A stretch of DNA of 64,000 nucleotides. Source: a bacterium (GTDB taxonomy: Bacteria; SAR324; NAC60-12). Below are positions 20,213-29,640 of this stretch, one piece after another (within the stretch, counting starts at the first letter, position 1; the number at the start of each line of letters is the position of its first letter). The stretch covers positions 1,920,001 to 1,984,000 of the forward strand of contig OZ242383.1 in the NCBI GenBank assembly GCA_965209155.1. The letters run 5' to 3'. The notes under the pieces were generated by a model, which saw nothing but the letters and a program-made list of their open reading frames with translations, made no database searches and was not told the DNA's origin. A program made the position numbers and the translations under genes.

Positions 20213-21148
20213 TCATCCTTCCAATGTCACCTTACGAAAGACTTCATCCAAACGTCCTTTTTCGGAATATAATTCTTCCACTTGAAGTTTCTGTTCTTGT
20301 ATAAATTTTTGCACTTCGCCTAAAATGGTTTCCCCTTCATGGGGAAACAATTGAAAGGACGTTTTCCCATTTTCAGTTTTCAAGATTCGGGCGGTATGGA
20401 CACCGGCCATGTTTTCCAACTGAGCGACCAGCCCTTGCGAATCTGCATGTCGAACCGTCAGTGAAATCGCATTGTGGTAAATGGAACGGGCCAGTAATTC
20501 TTCCGGAGTGCCATCGATTACAATTTTTCCTTGGGCAATGATAATTGCCCGGGTGCAAATGGCTTCCACTTCCTCCAGAATATGCGTAGAAACCAAGATC
20601 GCCCGATTTTCACTAATGCGATTGATCAAAATGCGCACTTCGTGTTTTTGATTGGGATCGAGTCCATCCGTGGGTTCATCCAGGATCAATACAGGCGGGT
20701 CATGGAGTAGTGATTGCGCCAGACATGTCCGTTGGCGATACCCCTTTGAAAGCGTATCTATGATTTGCCGTCGAACTTCTTGCAAGGCAGTTTCATCGAG
20801 CACCCGGTCCACTCGTTTTCTCAGATCTCCACCGTAGAACCCCCGTACTTCTCCTGCAAACATCAAGAACTCTTCGACTCGCATCTCATTATAGGAAGGA
20901 GCGCTTTCGGGCAAATAGCCGATTTTTTCACGAACTCGAAAAGAATTTTTCAAGATATCGTGCCCACAGACGACAGCCGTACCGGAGGTTGGCGGAATGA
21001 AACAAGTAATCATTTTCATCGTTGTGGATTTTCCGGCACCATTGGGCCCTAAAAATCCTAAAATTTCTCCCGTGTTCACGTTAAAGGAAACGTTGTCCAC
21101 AGCCCGGATTTTTCCAAACACCTTAGAGAGTTGCTCGACGCGAATCAT
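20213..21148 (-). CDS. ABC transporter ATP-binding protein (GldA-like)
   Basis: GPNGAGKST, LSKGYRQR and ILDEPT motifs. Confidence 0.95.
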   Translation of the reverse strand: MIRVEQLSKVFGKIRAVDNVSFNVNTGEILGFLGPNGAGKSTTMKMITCFIPPTSGTAVVCGHDILKNSFRVREKIGYLPESAPSYNEMRVEEFLMFAGEVRGFYGGDLRKRVDRVLDETALQEVRRQIIDTLSKGYRQRTCLAQSLLHDPPVLILDEPTDGLDPNQKHEVRILINRISENRAILVSTHILEEVEAICTRAIIIAQGKIVIDGTPEELLARSIYHNAISLTVRHADSQGLVAQLENMAGVHTARILKTENGKTSFQLFPHEGETILGEVQKFIQEQKLQVEELYSEKGRLDEVFRKVTLEG

Positions 21149-22206
21149 TCTTGCTCCTCATCCTTAACCATCAAATCTGAACGATTTTTCAGAAAACGTT
21201 TGCCATACCAGGATTGTACCCCATAGAGCCATGATTTTGCACGCGTATTGAACTCTTCAATTTTTTGCCGTAAGCCTTCGTCTTGAATATCGTCTCGCAA
21301 CTCCATTTCGATGGCGAGATAATGATGACTTTCCTCCTCTATTTCTCGCACGCCAATATTGATGCGGACAATACGACCATCAAAAAGTTCGGCAGAATAG
21401 TGAGCCAGTTTTTCTCTCCCCGTCTCCTCCACGGGTGTTTCCACAGGCACGATTTTGTCAAAACGCAAATCCCACATGGCATTGCTGAGAAATCTGATGG
21501 CGTCTTGATCCATTTTTTCCTGTTCCATCATCCCTTCACTTTTCCATTCCGCCTCTTTTTTTTCCCGAAAAAAGCGAAGTACTTCTCCCGCATGTTGCAA
21601 TTCCATCGCTTTAACCCATTCATCCCCTTGGATATCCACAATGGACTTATCGAGCCATGCGGAATCTACTACTTCCGCATCGATGTTATCCGCTACCAGA
21701 TATACGGCGGAGTCTCCAGCATAGCGCAAATACTGCCCATCTTTGAAACCCTGTCTGTCACTCCTGGATTTTCCCAGAAGAATTTCCAAGAGGAGATCAC
21801 CTTCTTTTCCTCGCAGCAAGAGAAGTTTGCCGGTTTTTTCCTTCTGCCATTGTCCATTGTTTTCAGTAACGTGCACCAAGTGAAAGCGTGTATGGTGTTT
21901 TGTCTTTTCGGTGACCTTTTCTCCCAAACTGGTATCCAGGAGCTGTAACAAGAGATCCTGGATCTTTTCTTCATCTGCCTCGTAGTCGAAGCTTCTGACT
22001 CTCCACTGATCATTCATCGATTTGAAAAGCTCTACTTTTCCTTGTTCCTCATTTTGAATGACAATTCCTACCAGTTGATTCGTATTCAATTCGGATAAGA
22101 TCTTCGTGTCTTTTACGCCGGTGGAAGGAATCCTTCCCTGAGCATACCATAATGCCACTCCTACGATGACGATGATCCCTGTCACAATCGACAACTTTTG
22201 CAGCAT
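21145..22206 (-). CDS. DUF4340-like membrane-anchored protein of the Gld-type ABC operon
   Basis: N-terminal TM helix; ILLGK and QYLR...VYLV motifs; operon context. Confidence 0.7.
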   Translation of the reverse strand: MLQKLSIVTGIIVIVGVALWYAQGRIPSTGVKDTKILSELNTNQLVGIVIQNEEQGKVELFKSMNDQWRVRSFDYEADEEKIQDLLLQLLDTSLGEKVTEKTKHHTRFHLVHVTENNGQWQKEKTGKLLLLRGKEGDLLLEILLGKSRSDRQGFKDGQYLRYAGDSAVYLVADNIDAEVVDSAWLDKSIVDIQGDEWVKAMELQHAGEVLRFFREKKEAEWKSEGMMEQEKMDQDAIRFLSNAMWDLRFDKIVPVETPVEETGREKLAHYSAELFDGRIVRINIGVREIEEESHHYLAIEMELRDDIQDEGLRQKIEEFNTRAKSWLYGVQSWYGKRFLKNRSDLMVKDEEQE

Positions 22207-22264
22207 AACTTTAATCCTTAGTCAGTATTTGACAGTCTGAAAAACCTTCGTTGCCTTTTGGAAT

Positions 22265-23677
22265 TCATGCTATTTTAAGAGGAACAGGCAACTCCTCACC
22301 CGCTTCGATTAACTGGTCACGCGCATTGCGGGCTGCATTGCGCACTATTTCCGAGAGGGCCGGGTGAATGTGAATCATATAGAGCAAATCTTCCAGCTTT
22401 CCTTGCATACGGATCAAGGGAATGACCTGGTGGATCAGTACGCTGGCTTCGGGTCCAATGATGTGACACCCTAAAATGCGATGGCTTTGTTTTTCGATCA
22501 AGAGTTTAACGAATCCATAGTTTGAACGAAGAGCCATTCCCATAGCACTGCCGGAAAAAGGATGGACTCCTTTCACATAAAGAGCACCCCGTTCTCGCAA
22601 TTCATCTTCCCGTTCCCCCACTGCAGCGATTTGAGGATCGGAGAAAATGGCATGTGGCATGCCGGTGTAATCGATTGGCCCTTTTATCGCCTGGTGGATG
22701 ACAGAGGCGAATAAATACTGCCCTTCAAAATTGGCGTTGTGTCGAAAGAAATAATTCCCCACAATATCTCCAAATGCCCAAACGTTGTCCGCCGTGGTGC
22801 GCAGGTATTCATTCACCTTGATGAACCCGTTTTTTCTGACTTCCACTCCGGCCTTTTCCACGTTCAACTGGTCACTATTGGGCACGACGCCCGTGGCAAC
22901 CAGAATCTGGTCGCATTCGATTTTTTGGTTTCGGCCTTGCTGATTTTTATAAATGACTTCGCAACGACCATTCCTGTACAGTATTCGCTCGGGCAGGGTA
23001 TTGAAATATACATGGTGATGCCGCCTGAATACTTTTTCGAATTCCTCCCTTATTTCAAAATCTTCCCCCTTGAGCATCCCACTGCGAACGAACATATGAA
23101 TTTCAGTCCCCAGACTTCCGAAATAGAAAGCCAGTTCGCTCGCAATGTATCCGCCACCTATCACCACCATCCTCTCAGGAAATTTTTCGAGTCGCAGCGC
23201 TTCCGTACTGGTTAAGAATGGAACTTCTTCGAGGCCGGGAATGGATGGTATTGAAGGCCGTGCACCTGCCGCGATAAAAATTTTATCACCCGTGATTTCC
23301 TCATTTCCTACCTGCAATTGCTTTGCTCCAGTGAAGCGGGCGTGTTGCGCATACCAATCGATGTTGGGGTTGGCCTCGATCCCGGGATTGATGCTGAGGG
23401 ATTCCTTATCGATACTCTCGGAAACACGATGGACGAGGGCTGGAAAATCCACTTGATAACCCTTGGGTATCACTTGAAAGCGATGGGCTTCCTGGATGAC
23501 TTGAGCTACTTCGGCTGCGTGAATCAACATTTTCGAGGGAATGCACCCGCGATTGAGGCAGGTTCCGCCTAAAGGCCCTTTTTCCAGGAGGGCTACTTTA
23601 TAGCCCAATTTGGAAGATGGGGTGGAAATCTTCGCCCCTCCTCCGGAACCGATGACGATGATATCGTAATGTTTCAT
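22265..23677 (-). CDS. Flavoprotein disulfide reductase (dihydrolipoamide dehydrogenase / mycothione reductase-like)
   Basis: GSGGG, GGTCLNRGCIPSK, GGGYIASE and C-terminal HPALSE motifs. Confidence 0.88.
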   Translation of the reverse strand: MKHYDIIVIGSGGGAKISTPSSKLGYKVALLEKGPLGGTCLNRGCIPSKMLIHAAEVAQVIQEAHRFQVIPKGYQVDFPALVHRVSESIDKESLSINPGIEANPNIDWYAQHARFTGAKQLQVGNEEITGDKIFIAAGARPSIPSIPGLEEVPFLTSTEALRLEKFPERMVVIGGGYIASELAFYFGSLGTEIHMFVRSGMLKGEDFEIREEFEKVFRRHHHVYFNTLPERILYRNGRCEVIYKNQQGRNQKIECDQILVATGVVPNSDQLNVEKAGVEVRKNGFIKVNEYLRTTADNVWAFGDIVGNYFFRHNANFEGQYLFASVIHQAIKGPIDYTGMPHAIFSDPQIAAVGEREDELRERGALYVKGVHPFSGSAMGMALRSNYGFVKLLIEKQSHRILGCHIIGPEASVLIHQVIPLIRMQGKLEDLLYMIHIHPALSEIVRNAARNARDQLIEAGEELPVPLKIA

Positions 23678-23999
23678 TGAATATCCGATTCTTTAACTGA
23701 CCCGCTTCCTGAATTTTTTTTCCACCGAAGCGACAGTCAGCCCGGCAGGAAATACTTCGATCGTCCAATCATACGAAAACTTCGCAGGAGACTTTTTTGC
23801 TCGTATGGAAAGCGACATGCTAAGGGTACTATACATGAAATTCCTGAATTTTTCTTCTGCTTCTTTGAATTCAGCATGCTAATTTGTAAAATGAAATCTG
23901 CGAATGAAAAAGAGCATCCAACCTTTTTCTCCTTGCAAAGAACGGGCAACTCTTAGAAAAACCTTGTCATTGAAGATTTATGTCGAATTTGGGTTATTC

Positions 24000-24761
24000 A
24001 TGAAAAAATTTTTATGGTCGATGATTTTTTGCTGGGGAATGGTGGCCAACGCGGAGGCCAGTCCCCTGGTTATATATGCGGCCGTCAGCGCCATCAACGT
24101 CATCCAGGACGTTGTCGAATCGTACCAGCGGCAACGTCCTGTCGAGATTCGAACGTCTTTTGCTTCCTCATCCACATTGGCCAAACAAATCGATCAAGGT
24201 GCGCCTGCTCACGTTATTTTGTCCGCAAACATCCGGTGGATGGATTTTCTGGAGCAGAAAAATCGGCTGGTTCCCCAATCTCGTTTCAACCTGTTTCGTA
24301 ATCGCCTGGTCATCATCACGCCGAATGCTCGACCACTGTCCGAGCCCGTCCGATGGAGCCGCGACTTTGACCTGGCCAGCGTTTTTCAGGGACGATTCAG
24401 CATGGGTGATCCCAACCACGTTCCAGCCGGTATTTATGCCAGGGAAGGGTTGGAATATTTCAACTGGTGGGCTGCTCTGCAACACCGTATGGTGGCTGCC
24501 CGGGACGTACGGACGGCCTTGATCTACGTGGCGCGGGGGGAAGTGGAAATGGGCATTGTTTATTCCACGGATGCCTTGATTGCGCAGAAGGGTGTGCGAA
24601 TTGCAGGTTTGTTTCCTCAAAAAAGTCATTCTCCTATCGTCTACCCGGTTGCCCTGGTTTCCGAAAATGAACATCCGGCGGGTGAGGAATTCATCGATTT
24701 TCTGAAAAGCTCCGAAGCTTCGAGGATTTATGAACGCCATGGATTCATGGTGGAACCTTGA
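24000..24761 (+). CDS. modA: Molybdate ABC transporter substrate-binding protein
   Basis: ASSSTLAKQI, SAN, VPAGIYA, DVRTAL, VYSTDA and HSPIVYP motifs; no modB or modC adjacent. Confidence 0.92.
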   Translation: MKKFLWSMIFCWGMVANAEASPLVIYAAVSAINVIQDVVESYQRQRPVEIRTSFASSSTLAKQIDQGAPAHVILSANIRWMDFLEQKNRLVPQSRFNLFRNRLVIITPNARPLSEPVRWSRDFDLASVFQGRFSMGDPNHVPAGIYAREGLEYFNWWAALQHRMVAARDVRTALIYVARGEVEMGIVYSTDALIAQKGVRIAGLFPQKSHSPIVYPVALVSENEHPAGEEFIDFLKSSEASRIYERHGFMVEP

Positions 24762-24828
24762 ACCCGAACACGCTGCGCCGGGGCAATTGCAGAGGAATCG
24801 CGCGACTCCTCTGCAAATGCGCGTGATT

Positions 24829-26277
24829 TTATTCGGACTTCAATACCAGATATCTCGAGCCCTGCGCAGTGGTCACCAAGAGAAGAACTCCTTCTTCCAG
24901 ATTGGCTTTTTCGATGGAGTCCTGAAAGGACTGTACATCCTCGATGGTTTCCTGATTGATTTCCTGAATCATGTTTCCGGCTCTCAAACCTGCCTGAAAT
25001 GCCACGGAATCGGGAAGCACTCGAGTGACAATTACACCAGAATCTTCCTGGTAGCCGAATTTCTCCGCCAGTTCGGGACTCAATTCCTGCACAGAAATGC
25101 CAAGGGAATTAACTTTTTCGATGGAGGGTGAACTGGATATTCCCGAAGGAGAACGCTCTCCCAATCGCAAATTTATTTCGATTTCCGCTCCATCGCGTAT
25201 CACTTTCAGAGCAGCCATGGTTTCCGGTGCGGCCAGACCAACTTTGTTTTGCAGGTCATTGCTGTTCGCGACTGGGAGTTGGTTGAAACTCACAATGATG
25301 TCACCCTGCATCACTCCTGCTCGCGCCGCGGGAGAATTTTCCAGAACTTTGGCGACCAGTGCGCCCTGCCGGTTTTTCACTCCGAAAGCCCGGGCCAGTT
25401 CAGGAGTCAAATCCTGAATATTTACTCCCAGCCAACCTCTCGAGACTTTGCCATCGGCCATCAAGGCTTCCATGATATGCTGTGCCATGTTGATTGGCAC
25501 GCTGAAGCCAATTCCCTGGTAACCCCCACTTCGAGAAAAAATCGCCGCATTGACGCCAATGATTTTTCCTTCAAGATTGATCAGCGGGCCACCGCTGTTG
25601 CCTGGGTTGATTGCGGCATCGGTCTGGATAAAATTTTCATAATCGATCAGTCCGACGTTGGAACGTCCTTTCGCACTGACAATTCCCATGGTTACGGTGT
25701 TGGAAAGTCTGAAGGGATTCCCAATGGCAATGACGGTTTCTCCAATACGAATCTCATCGGAATCGCCCATCGGCAAAACCGGGAGATTTTCGCCGTTGAT
25801 CTTGATCACTGCAATGTCGGATTGAGGATCGGCGCCTATTACCTCTGCCGGAAATTCACGGCCGTCGCTGAGAGTTACCGTCATTTTACTCGAATTGCTC
25901 ACCACATGATTGCTGGTGAGAATATATCCCTCTTGATTCACGATCGTGCCACTTCCCTGACCATATTGCCTGAAATTACGAGGCGGCTGAGATCCAAAAG
26001 GATTGGAACGGGATTGTGGCGCAGTATCCGGACTAAAGAATTTCTTGAATTCATCAGGCATGGAATCGAAAGGGATGCGATTTCCACCCCTTTGCATACC
26101 GGGGACGGTTTTTTCCACCTCTATGTGGACTACCGCTCTTTGAGCTTTTTCCACTATGTCTGCCCGTGTCTTGGAATGTTGAATGAGAGATTGAAGAGGA
26201 GGAGCGGTAGCGGCCAATCCTCCCAAAACGATTGCAAATCCTAAAAGTGCTGCTATCAAAAAAAATCGCATTTTCAT
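24829..26277 (-). CDS. degQ: Do/DegQ-family periplasmic serine endoprotease with two PDZ domains
   Basis: GSG, TSNHVV, SDIAV and QTDAAINPGNSGG motifs. Confidence 0.93.
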   Translation of the reverse strand: MKMRFFLIAALLGFAIVLGGLAATAPPLQSLIQHSKTRADIVEKAQRAVVHIEVEKTVPGMQRGGNRIPFDSMPDEFKKFFSPDTAPQSRSNPFGSQPPRNFRQYGQGSGTIVNQEGYILTSNHVVSNSSKMTVTLSDGREFPAEVIGADPQSDIAVIKINGENLPVLPMGDSDEIRIGETVIAIGNPFRLSNTVTMGIVSAKGRSNVGLIDYENFIQTDAAINPGNSGGPLINLEGKIIGVNAAIFSRSGGYQGIGFSVPINMAQHIMEALMADGKVSRGWLGVNIQDLTPELARAFGVKNRQGALVAKVLENSPAARAGVMQGDIIVSFNQLPVANSNDLQNKVGLAAPETMAALKVIRDGAEIEINLRLGERSPSGISSSPSIEKVNSLGISVQELSPELAEKFGYQEDSGVIVTRVLPDSVAFQAGLRAGNMIQEINQETIEDVQSFQDSIEKANLEEGVLLLVTTAQGSRYLVLKSE

Positions 26278-26444
26278 ATTTTCCTCTTTTATATAAAAAA
26301 TAATATAATGATAAAAATTCAGGAACAGTTCCCGGCATGAAAAATCCTCTATTCAATACGGGTCACCAGTCATGACATGGTATGGAGCGCAGGTGCAGAC
26401 CGGAAAACAAACAAACACCAAGACGGGTGTCGGCCGTTCTCCGA

Positions 26445-26627
26445 TCAGTACATTGCAAAATCCTCGAGTGATTCATAAGCGTTCCACTCAGAACGTGTAA
26501 TAACGGCCCTGGTAACCACTTTTTGAGGAGGAAGGATTTTGATAGTTCCTCCTTTTTTCAAAAATTTTTTTGTTTCGAGGTTGATAAAATCCCGATCCGG
26601 GAACTTTTCCAATGTATCGTTTCGCAT
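26445..26627 (-). CDS. Small hypothetical protein
   Basis: GGAGG RBS before ATG 26627; contains FLKKGGTIKILP. Confidence 0.6.
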   Translation of the reverse strand: MRNDTLEKFPDRDFINLETKKFLKKGGTIKILPPQKVVTRAVITRSEWNAYESLEDFAMY

Positions 26628-26807
26628 TTGGCCTCCTTGTTTCAATGCTCCATGAATAATATGAGTGAACTCTTTTATTCTAGTAACGCAAGGAGGAGAA
26701 ATGTTCTTGGAAATTCACTCTACCCATCATTTTGAGAGCAAGGGGAAAGTTTCGAAGCAGCCCGTCGGTATCGTCATCCCCGATGTTGTTATCTTTATTA
26801 GTAAGTC

Positions 26808-26906
26808 ATTCAGGAGTTAAAAAACGTGTCATTCCTGGCTTGACCAGGAATCCAGGGGGCAATGAAAAAACATGTCATTCCTGGCTTGACCAGGAATCCA
26901 GGGGGC
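26808..26906. repeat. Two tandem REP-like palindromes (gtcattcctggcttgaccaggaatcc)
   Basis: Same unit as at ~7983, ~9821 (partial) and 36260-36370. Confidence 0.85.
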
Positions 26907-26915
26907 AACGGACGA

Positions 26916-27811
26916 CGTATTGAAGCGCTCGAAGCAGAAAATAAGCAACTTCGGGATCAGCTGGCTCTCAACAGCCAAAACTCAAGTAAGCCTCCTTCCA
27001 GCGATCAAAGTCGAAAGAACAAAAGCTTACGTAAAAGCAGGGGTCGCTCTCGCGGAGGTCAACCCGGTCATAAAGGCCATCATTTGGCTTTCGATGACTT
27101 CCGGGTTCCTTTTGACAACAACCAAGCCGAGCGAGATATACGCATGGTTAAATTGAAACAGAAAATCTCAGGCGGCTTCCGAACGGCTGAAGGATCACAG
27201 GCTTTTTGTACCATCCGAGGAGCTCTTTCCACTACCAGAAAACAGGGAAAATCCATCTTCGAGATGCTCACACAGGCTTTGTCTCTCCCGGATCCAGTCC
27301 GGGACAAGCTTTTACCTGCGCCTCCTTGTTACTGAAACTCCCCTTTTTTAAACGATTCGCCCCCTGCGGGCCCAACGTATTCCTGGCAAACATAGCATCG
27401 TCAGTGCGATTTTGTGGGTCGTGAAAAGGGGTTGTCAGTGGAGTAGGCTCCTCCATGATTTACCTCCCTGGCAAAGCGTTTACGATCATTATCGCCATTG
27501 GAAAAAACACTGGATTGTGGAGTGAACCTTCGCTTTTTGGCTCATTCTCATAAAGAAGCGGATCTCCCTGATTGATAGATTTTTAATTTTTTTTACGAAT
27601 CCTGCATTTTTTTTAATTTGAGGGGTTGACATTATGCAAGTAGTAGTAGTAGTGCTATAATCATACCATCACTAAGTTGTTTTGGTGAAAGAAGAGGGTT
27701 TCCGATCGATGGAACCATATCGTGGGAGGACTTGAAAACGATCGGTCCTCTCCGGGAATCTTTTTTAATGATATTTAACTGAACGGGTTTTTCAGAGACC
27801 TGAATAGTTAC
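26916..27811 (+). mobile_element. IS66-family remnant (deleted transposase plus right end)
   Basis: [13 protein letters not shown]...GGQPGHKG is fused directly to [23 protein letters not shown]; ends cctgaatagttac. Confidence 0.85.
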
Positions 27812-27819
27812 TTTATTAG

Positions 27820-28081
27820 TAAAAAAACCACCTTCTCAGAAGGTGGTTTTGATGGGGCCCCTGGAAGGGGCGTCTCGTGATCGTACTCGTGAGCCGTGCT
27901 CGTGAACGAAACGGCACCCCAGAGAATCCTGGATTCCCTGCCGTCTCTTCTCGGAATCCCCCTCTCAAGGGAATCGGGAACGTTTCTATCGAGCACGTGC
28001 ACGATTACGATCACGTGCACGTTTCTGGCAGAGCCGATTATCTCTGACCACGCCCAAAGGACGTGGTTTAATCAGAAAAAA
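27820..28081 (-). mobile_element. ORF-less relative of the four-helix-bundle element
   Basis: Same order of parts: CCACC hairpin, GCCCC..GGGGC hairpin, hexamer arm ending gtgctcgtgaacgaaa, short spacer, inverted hexamer arm, ggcagagcc, second hairpin, tggtttaat. Boundaries approximate. Confidence 0.65.
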
Positions 28082-28134
28082 TTAAAAATTATGAGGTTGA
28101 AATGGTTAAATTTATTAAAAATTATGAGGTTGAA

Positions 28135-29391
28135 ATGAAAAAAGTAAAATTGTTATTGATGACCCCATTGCTGATGGTATTCTTTTTCAGCACATCGGTC
28201 TTTGCTCAGACTATCAATATTTTAACGGATGATCCTCCCTCAGTCCAGTTTCTTGAAGCGTTCAGCAAAGCTTCGGGGGTTCCCTCAACACACACCGTGA
28301 ATGACAATACTGCCCATCAAGCGTTGGTTCGCCAGCTTTTAAGGACGCCGAAGGCGCCGGCAGTGTTTAAATGGTGGAACTACTACAAGATGACGGATTT
28401 GATCGAAGCGGATTTGCTGGAAGATATCACGGATCTTTACGACGCCCGTGTCAAAAGCGGCGATATGCCGGAAGGTCTGAAAAGCACTTTAGGGAATGTT
28501 CCCTTCGATGGAAGAGTCTTCGCCATACCGACGAGTATCAACACCTTTGTTGTATTTTATAATGTGAAGGTCTTTAAAAAATATGGTCTCGAAGTGCCTG
28601 AAACCTGGGAAGATCTCTGGCATGTTGCAGCGACGTTGAAAGCCAATGGGGTGACACCCTTCGGTTTCCCATTAATCGAACAAAAGCTCTGGGCGGGGGG
28701 GCTTATGTGGACGGAACTCTTTATCCGAGATGACCCTGAAACCTACGACAAATTGACGATCGGTGAGGCCAGTTTCGACCACCCCTCCGTTGTTCGTGCG
28801 ACTGAATTGTGGGCTAAAATGAATAAATGGGGATATTTCTACGATCATTCAATCGGTTTTATGGCTAACGTTAAAGCATTTGGTGAGGGGAAATTCGGGA
28901 TGTTTTATGTGGGTGACTGGGCTGATGGTATTATTCTCAATGCAGGAATTAAGCCCCATGAGGAATATGATATGTTCGTCTGGCCCGGAAAGACGGAAGC
29001 GGGAGCCAAGGCTATGATCCTGGAGATCGGTCCTTATTTGTTAGGAAAGAATACGGTAGCCGATAAAAAGGCACAGGCCAGGAAATGGGCTGATTTTTTC
29101 ATGTCCAAAGAAGGAGGGGATGTATGGGCTGATGAAATGAAAAGACCCTTTCCCCACAGAAAGGTATCTGGAGATAAGGTCGGTTCAGTGATACGACCAG
29201 TCCAGAACGATGTTAAACAGGGAAAGTATAAGTTCTATCGGCGATACTTTGAGGGCACCCCGACTGAATTAGCGGACCACATCGGCGGAGAACTCATGGT
29301 CAAGATTGCCTTGAATCCCGATGATTGGCGGGAGATTCTCCAAGAAGCGAAAACATTTGCCGATAACTACTGGAAACAACACGGCAAATAA
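28135..29391 (+). CDS. Carbohydrate ABC transporter substrate-binding protein
   Basis: Signal peptide; DGRVFAIP and VFYNVKVFKKYGLEVPETWEDL motifs. Confidence 0.88.
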   Translation: MKKVKLLLMTPLLMVFFFSTSVFAQTINILTDDPPSVQFLEAFSKASGVPSTHTVNDNTAHQALVRQLLRTPKAPAVFKWWNYYKMTDLIEADLLEDITDLYDARVKSGDMPEGLKSTLGNVPFDGRVFAIPTSINTFVVFYNVKVFKKYGLEVPETWEDLWHVAATLKANGVTPFGFPLIEQKLWAGGLMWTELFIRDDPETYDKLTIGEASFDHPSVVRATELWAKMNKWGYFYDHSIGFMANVKAFGEGKFGMFYVGDWADGIILNAGIKPHEEYDMFVWPGKTEAGAKAMILEIGPYLLGKNTVADKKAQARKWADFFMSKEGGDVWADEMKRPFPHRKVSGDKVGSVIRPVQNDVKQGKYKFYRRYFEGTPTELADHIGGELMVKIALNPDDWREILQEAKTFADNYWKQHGK

Positions 29392-29393
29392 GA

Positions 29394-29624
29394 ATGACAG
29401 GGGCAAATCCTCCCCCCCAACCCAGCTGGGGGGGGGGAATGCTCAGCGCGGAAGGTCAGAAATATATGCTGGAGCAGCCCTGGTTAGCCTTCTGGCCGGG
29501 CATGGCTCTGGCCACTGTGATTTATGGGATTAACATGCTCGGGGATGCCATGCGCGACCTGCTCGATCCCCGACTGCGCAGCAATGTAGGCCGCCTGGGT
29601 TTACCGAAAAAGCGCAATAAATGA
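29394..29624 (+). pseudogene. 3' fragment of an OppC/DppC-type permease
   Basis: PPPQPSWGG.ML...WPG...NMLGDAMRDLLDPRLR matches the C-termini of 43619-44572 and 58211-59169. Confidence 0.85.
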
Positions 29625-29640
29625 AGAAAAGAGAACGAAT

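Noticed and set aside
25249..26244. 331-aa ORF antisense to degQ, and other long shadow ORFs such as 21283-21948, 24168-24740 and 62411-63127
   Set aside because: They lie fully opposite well-supported genes and have no recognisable motifs.
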